This document shows, in pieces, positions 61,876 to 64,000 of a stretch of 64,000 nt of DNA. Source of the DNA: Solirubrobacterales bacterium (lineage in GTDB: Bacteria > Actinomycetota > Thermoleophilia > Solirubrobacterales > Thermoleophilaceae). A program made the translations under genes and the position numbers. The first letter of the stretch is position 1; each line of letters opens with the position of its first letter. Location: contig JAAYBF010000185.1 of assembly GCA_012718975.1 (NCBI GenBank), forward strand, positions 66 through 64,065, written 5' to 3'. Under the pieces are notes generated by a model. The model was not told where the DNA came from. It saw only the letters and a list, made by a program, of their open reading frames with translations, and did not search any database.

Positions 61876-62967
61876 TCAACCGCGGGCGCGTGAAAGGCTC
61901 TCGGCGGCCTCGTCGGGCGAGTACTGTAGCCGATAGAGACGGTCGCGCCCTCCAACGTGACGGTAGATCGTAATCGTTGACAAGAACTGCCGCTTGAACT
62001 GAACCGCACGGCGACGGGAGTCAGTGTCCGGGTCAAAGATCCACTCAGCTACGGCTGCCGGCAACGCGAAGGTCAACTCAGGCTGCCCCGGCCTCTCGTC
62101 AAGAGTCACGGTCCATCTCTGGCCATTCGCTACGGACGGGCTCCAGTGAATCGAGACCTGCTGGACTGGGTCGGAATCCAGAGCCTCGATCACCAGCATT
62201 GGGTTTCCGGCTCGTAGCAACAGCAGGTACGGGCCGTTGGCCATGCCGACGAATAGCTCTCCCATCGGGCCAATCCGCTCGCGAAGTATTCCCTCAACGT
62301 CATTCCACGCTGCGCCGATGCCGTTCGCTGGCAGTGGAACGCCGTCTGGCCACGTGCCGAGCGCGATCCGGAGGCACGCTCTTAGCTGGCTCACGAACCT
62401 TCGCGCGCGCGAAGGTCCAGCGCGATCTGCATAGAAGGTGTCGGTGATGTCGTCGGCGAGCCTGACGATGTCTCGGAACTCCACCGCGCTGAGATCGACG
62501 AGCGAGATCTGATGCGCAAGTGCGTACTCGGCGGCCGGAGCGCTGAACCCGGACGTCGAGAACAGTGCGTACCGGTAGGTGAACCTGGGCACCAATGCAC
62601 GTCGCGCCCCAGGCGTTCGCTCGACATGCTGGTTCACATCGGAGACGACGCCCAACGCGTTTCGAACGTCGTCAATGCCGCACTTTCGACCGCGTGCCTT
62701 GGCCTCCACGAACAGCCTGATCGGAAATGTAAACGCGGGAATCCACAGCAGTTCTCCGAGGACATCCACCTGATGCAAGCCTCCTCGACCACGAACCGCT
62801 AACCCATTGGGCCGATCTTCGAGTACTCCCGGGTCCTGGCTCGCATCGGCGAGAAGTCGATAGCCAGTGTTCTGGATGAGCTTGGCTAGAAGCTCCTCAA
62901 GCACATAGCCCCGAAGCGTGTCACGCGAGATCGCCACTGAAGCATCCTCTCCGTCCGGGCACATCAC
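61876..62967 (-). CDS. Mrr-like PD-(D/E)XK restriction-endonuclease-domain protein with an uncharacterised C-terminal domain
   Basis: The N-terminal half has GGLHQVDVLG...IRLFVEAKAR...IDDVRNALGVV...YRYALFSTSGFSAPAAEYALAHQISLVDL, which matches the Mrr_cat pattern (D...E-x-K, then a TTS-type strand). I recognise no motif in residues from about 190 to 363. Confidence 0.65.
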   Translation of the reverse strand: MMCPDGEDASVAISRDTLRGYVLEELLAKLIQNTGYRLLADASQDPGVLEDRPNGLAVRGRGGLHQVDVLGELLWIPAFTFPIRLFVEAKARGRKCGIDDVRNALGVVSDVNQHVERTPGARRALVPRFTYRYALFSTSGFSAPAAEYALAHQISLVDLSAVEFRDIVRLADDITDTFYADRAGPSRARRFVSQLRACLRIALGTWPDGVPLPANGIGAAWNDVEGILRERIGPMGELFVGMANGPYLLLLRAGNPMLVIEALDSDPVQQVSIHWSPSVANGQRWTVTLDERPGQPELTFALPAAVAEWIFDPDTDSRRRAVQFKRQFLSTITIYRHVGGRDRLYRLQYSPDEAAESLSRARG

Positions 62968-63152
62968 CGCAAGCCCCTGGCGTCGTCACCTGGACCGGAG
63001 ATGCACGCCAAGGGACCCACGACTCTAACCCCCACCTTTGGAAGTGCCGACGCGCGTCCTGGGTAGCCACAGGCGACGGCGATTGATGCCGATGCCGCTT
63101 CAACTCCGCAAGATGGCCGCAGACGGCGACACCCCGCAACACCCCGCCCACC

Positions 63153-63194
63153 CTTTGCAAGCAGGAGGTCGCCGGTTCGAGCCGGCTGGCTCCA
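63153..63194 (+). repeat. Right copy of the tRNA-Ala 3'-half direct repeat, att-like
   Basis: CTTTGCAAGCAGGAGGTCGCCGGTTCGAGCC-GGCTGGCTCCA. The upstream 30 nt do not form the 5' half of a tRNA. Confidence 0.85.
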
Positions 63195-63270
63195 CTCGCC
63201 GAGCGGCGATCCGGGACGGTGGATGTCGTACGACCGGGGCGATGTAGGCGCGACCTAACGCGCGGCGCCG

Positions 63271-63690
63271 TCAGCTGCCGAGACGCTCGGTGTCCTGCCC
63301 CGTGATCTCGGCGATGAGCTCGAAGTCCTTATCGTCGTGCAGGACCGAGAGGCCGGCGAGTTCGGCTGTCGCGGCTACCAGTAAGTCCGGTACCGAGGGC
63401 GCTCGGTGCTGTCCGCGATCCGCCAGGAGCGTCAGGATCTCGACGGCCCGATCCTCCGAGGTCGGCGTGGCGTACTCGACAGGCATCGACGCAACGGGCG
63501 CCTCACGCAGGCCCGCCCGAAGGTCCCGTGCGTCTCGCGCCGAGTACCCGACCTCGAGCAGGGTCACAGTTGCGATTCGCACCAGCCCCCGCTCGATGCG
63601 ATCGCCCCACACCGCGGCATCCGGGCTGCGCGCGAGCCGGACCAGCGCCGACTTGTCAATCAGCCAGCCCCCCTCCGAAGGCGGGGTCAC
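63271..63690 (-). CDS. vapC: PIN-domain toxin (VapC-like)
   Basis: Contains [27 protein letters not shown] and [14 protein letters not shown] start with a GTGA overlap to the antitoxin. Confidence 0.8.
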   Translation of the reverse strand: MTPPSEGGWLIDKSALVRLARSPDAAVWGDRIERGLVRIATVTLLEVGYSARDARDLRAGLREAPVASMPVEYATPTSEDRAVEILTLLADRGQHRAPSVPDLLVAATAELAGLSVLHDDKDFELIAEITGQDTERLGS

Positions 63691-63908
63691 GACCAGGCTC
63701 GGCGCATGACCTCGGGGTCGCCGAGGTCCGAGAAGCGATCCGCGAATCGCTGCAGGTCGGCGGGGGTCACCGGGCTCGCCGGGCGTGAAGCCTCCTGGCG
63801 AAGCCGGCGCCTCAGATACTCCGTGCGGGAGAGCTTCAAGCGCGCGGCCAGCGCATCGATACGCGCAAGGTCCTCTGCGGGGACGTCACGGATGAGCAGA
63901 TCGGGCAT
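63687..63908 (-). CDS. vapB: Ribbon-helix-helix (FitA/VapB-like) antitoxin
   Basis: The N-terminus [36 protein letters not shown] is a typical RHH antitoxin start. An alternative GTG start is at 63935. Confidence 0.7.
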   Translation of the reverse strand: MPDLLIRDVPAEDLARIDALAARLKLSRTEYLRRRLRQEASRPASPVTPADLQRFADRFSDLGDPEVMRRAWS

Positions 63909-64000
63909 CGGGACGATGCTAGCAGGCGATATCACGCCCCCCCCCGAAGGCCTCGAGTATCCGCCGCCGCTCCGACCGTCGGTCCAGGTCGAACGCGGCG

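Larger units (their letters stand above)
61196..63152. mobile_element. Putative integrated-element remnant at tRNA-Ala (no integrase present)
   Basis: It is bounded by the direct repeat of the tRNA 3' half. Hand-counted lines inside are about 55-60% GC against more than 70% in the flanks. Its gene content is unrelated to the flanks. Confidence 0.55.

Noticed and set aside
1-64000. A search by eye for CRISPR arrays, rRNA genes, IS elements or transposases, integrases, and phage structural genes.
   Set aside because: I saw no regularly spaced 25-40-nt repeats, no rRNA-like conserved stretches, and no DDE-transposase or tyrosine/serine-recombinase motifs in any credible ORF.

Overview
The window is very GC-rich: hand-counted 60-nt lines are mostly above 70% GC. 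It is densely coding and looks like high-GC Actinomycetota chromosome, but the taxon cannot be determined from sequence alone. Many neighbouring genes overlap by 1-8 nt at stop/start (ATGA, GTGA), so operon structure can be read directly.

Content by block:
1. 0.2-23.1 kb: a large catabolic supercluster in four transcription units, each preceded by the same LacI-type operator-like box (core GCAATCGTTTGC). It holds a split transketolase, two paralogous M24 pita-bread hydrolases, two unrelated flavin reductases, a GabD-like ALDH, an orphan TPP-dependent E1 alpha/beta pair, a HIBADH-like reductase, a LigAB extradiol dioxygenase and a formamidase. It also holds a complete 9-gene meta-cleavage operon (VOC dioxygenase, RidA-like, ACMSD-like, ALDH, 4-OT, 4-OD, aldolase, acetaldehyde DH, hydratase), an ACAD-fold flavin monooxygenase and an orphan solute-binding lipoprotein.
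2. 23.2-28.8 kb: a divergent MmpL/HxlR pair, ferritin, a Phd/VapC toxin-antitoxin (TA) pair, an unknown 358-aa protein and a USP.
3. 28.8-41.2 kb: a polyamine/omega-amine utilisation cluster with an APC permease, PotABCD-like ABC importer, class III aminotransferase, PucR regulator, saccharopine-DH-like protein, alanine dehydrogenase and aminobutyraldehyde-type ALDH.
4. 41.4-43.8 kb: a CHASE3-GAF-GGDEF cyclase, an SRPBCC protein and a small membrane protein.
5. 44.0-53.3 kb: a two-gene operon for about 915- and 1000-aa secreted Cys-rich proteins of unknown function, divergent from three TetR-type genes. One of these is a fused tandem TetR.
6. 53.4-61.1 kb: lipB-lipA, a small TM protein, a DD-carboxypeptidase, a trypsin-like protease, a DesK/NarL-type two-component pair and a frameshifted PAP2 gene.
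7. 61.1-63.9 kb: tRNA-Ala(TGC) followed by a roughly 2-kb lower-GC insert. The insert is bounded by a 42/43-nt direct repeat of the tRNA 3' half and carries an Mrr-like PD-(D/E)XK nuclease fused to an unknown domain. A VapBC pair follows.

I saw no rRNA, CRISPR array, transposase or integrase. Most long alternative-frame ORFs in the track are GC-driven artefacts. All product calls come from motif and family recognition by eye; no searches were run.
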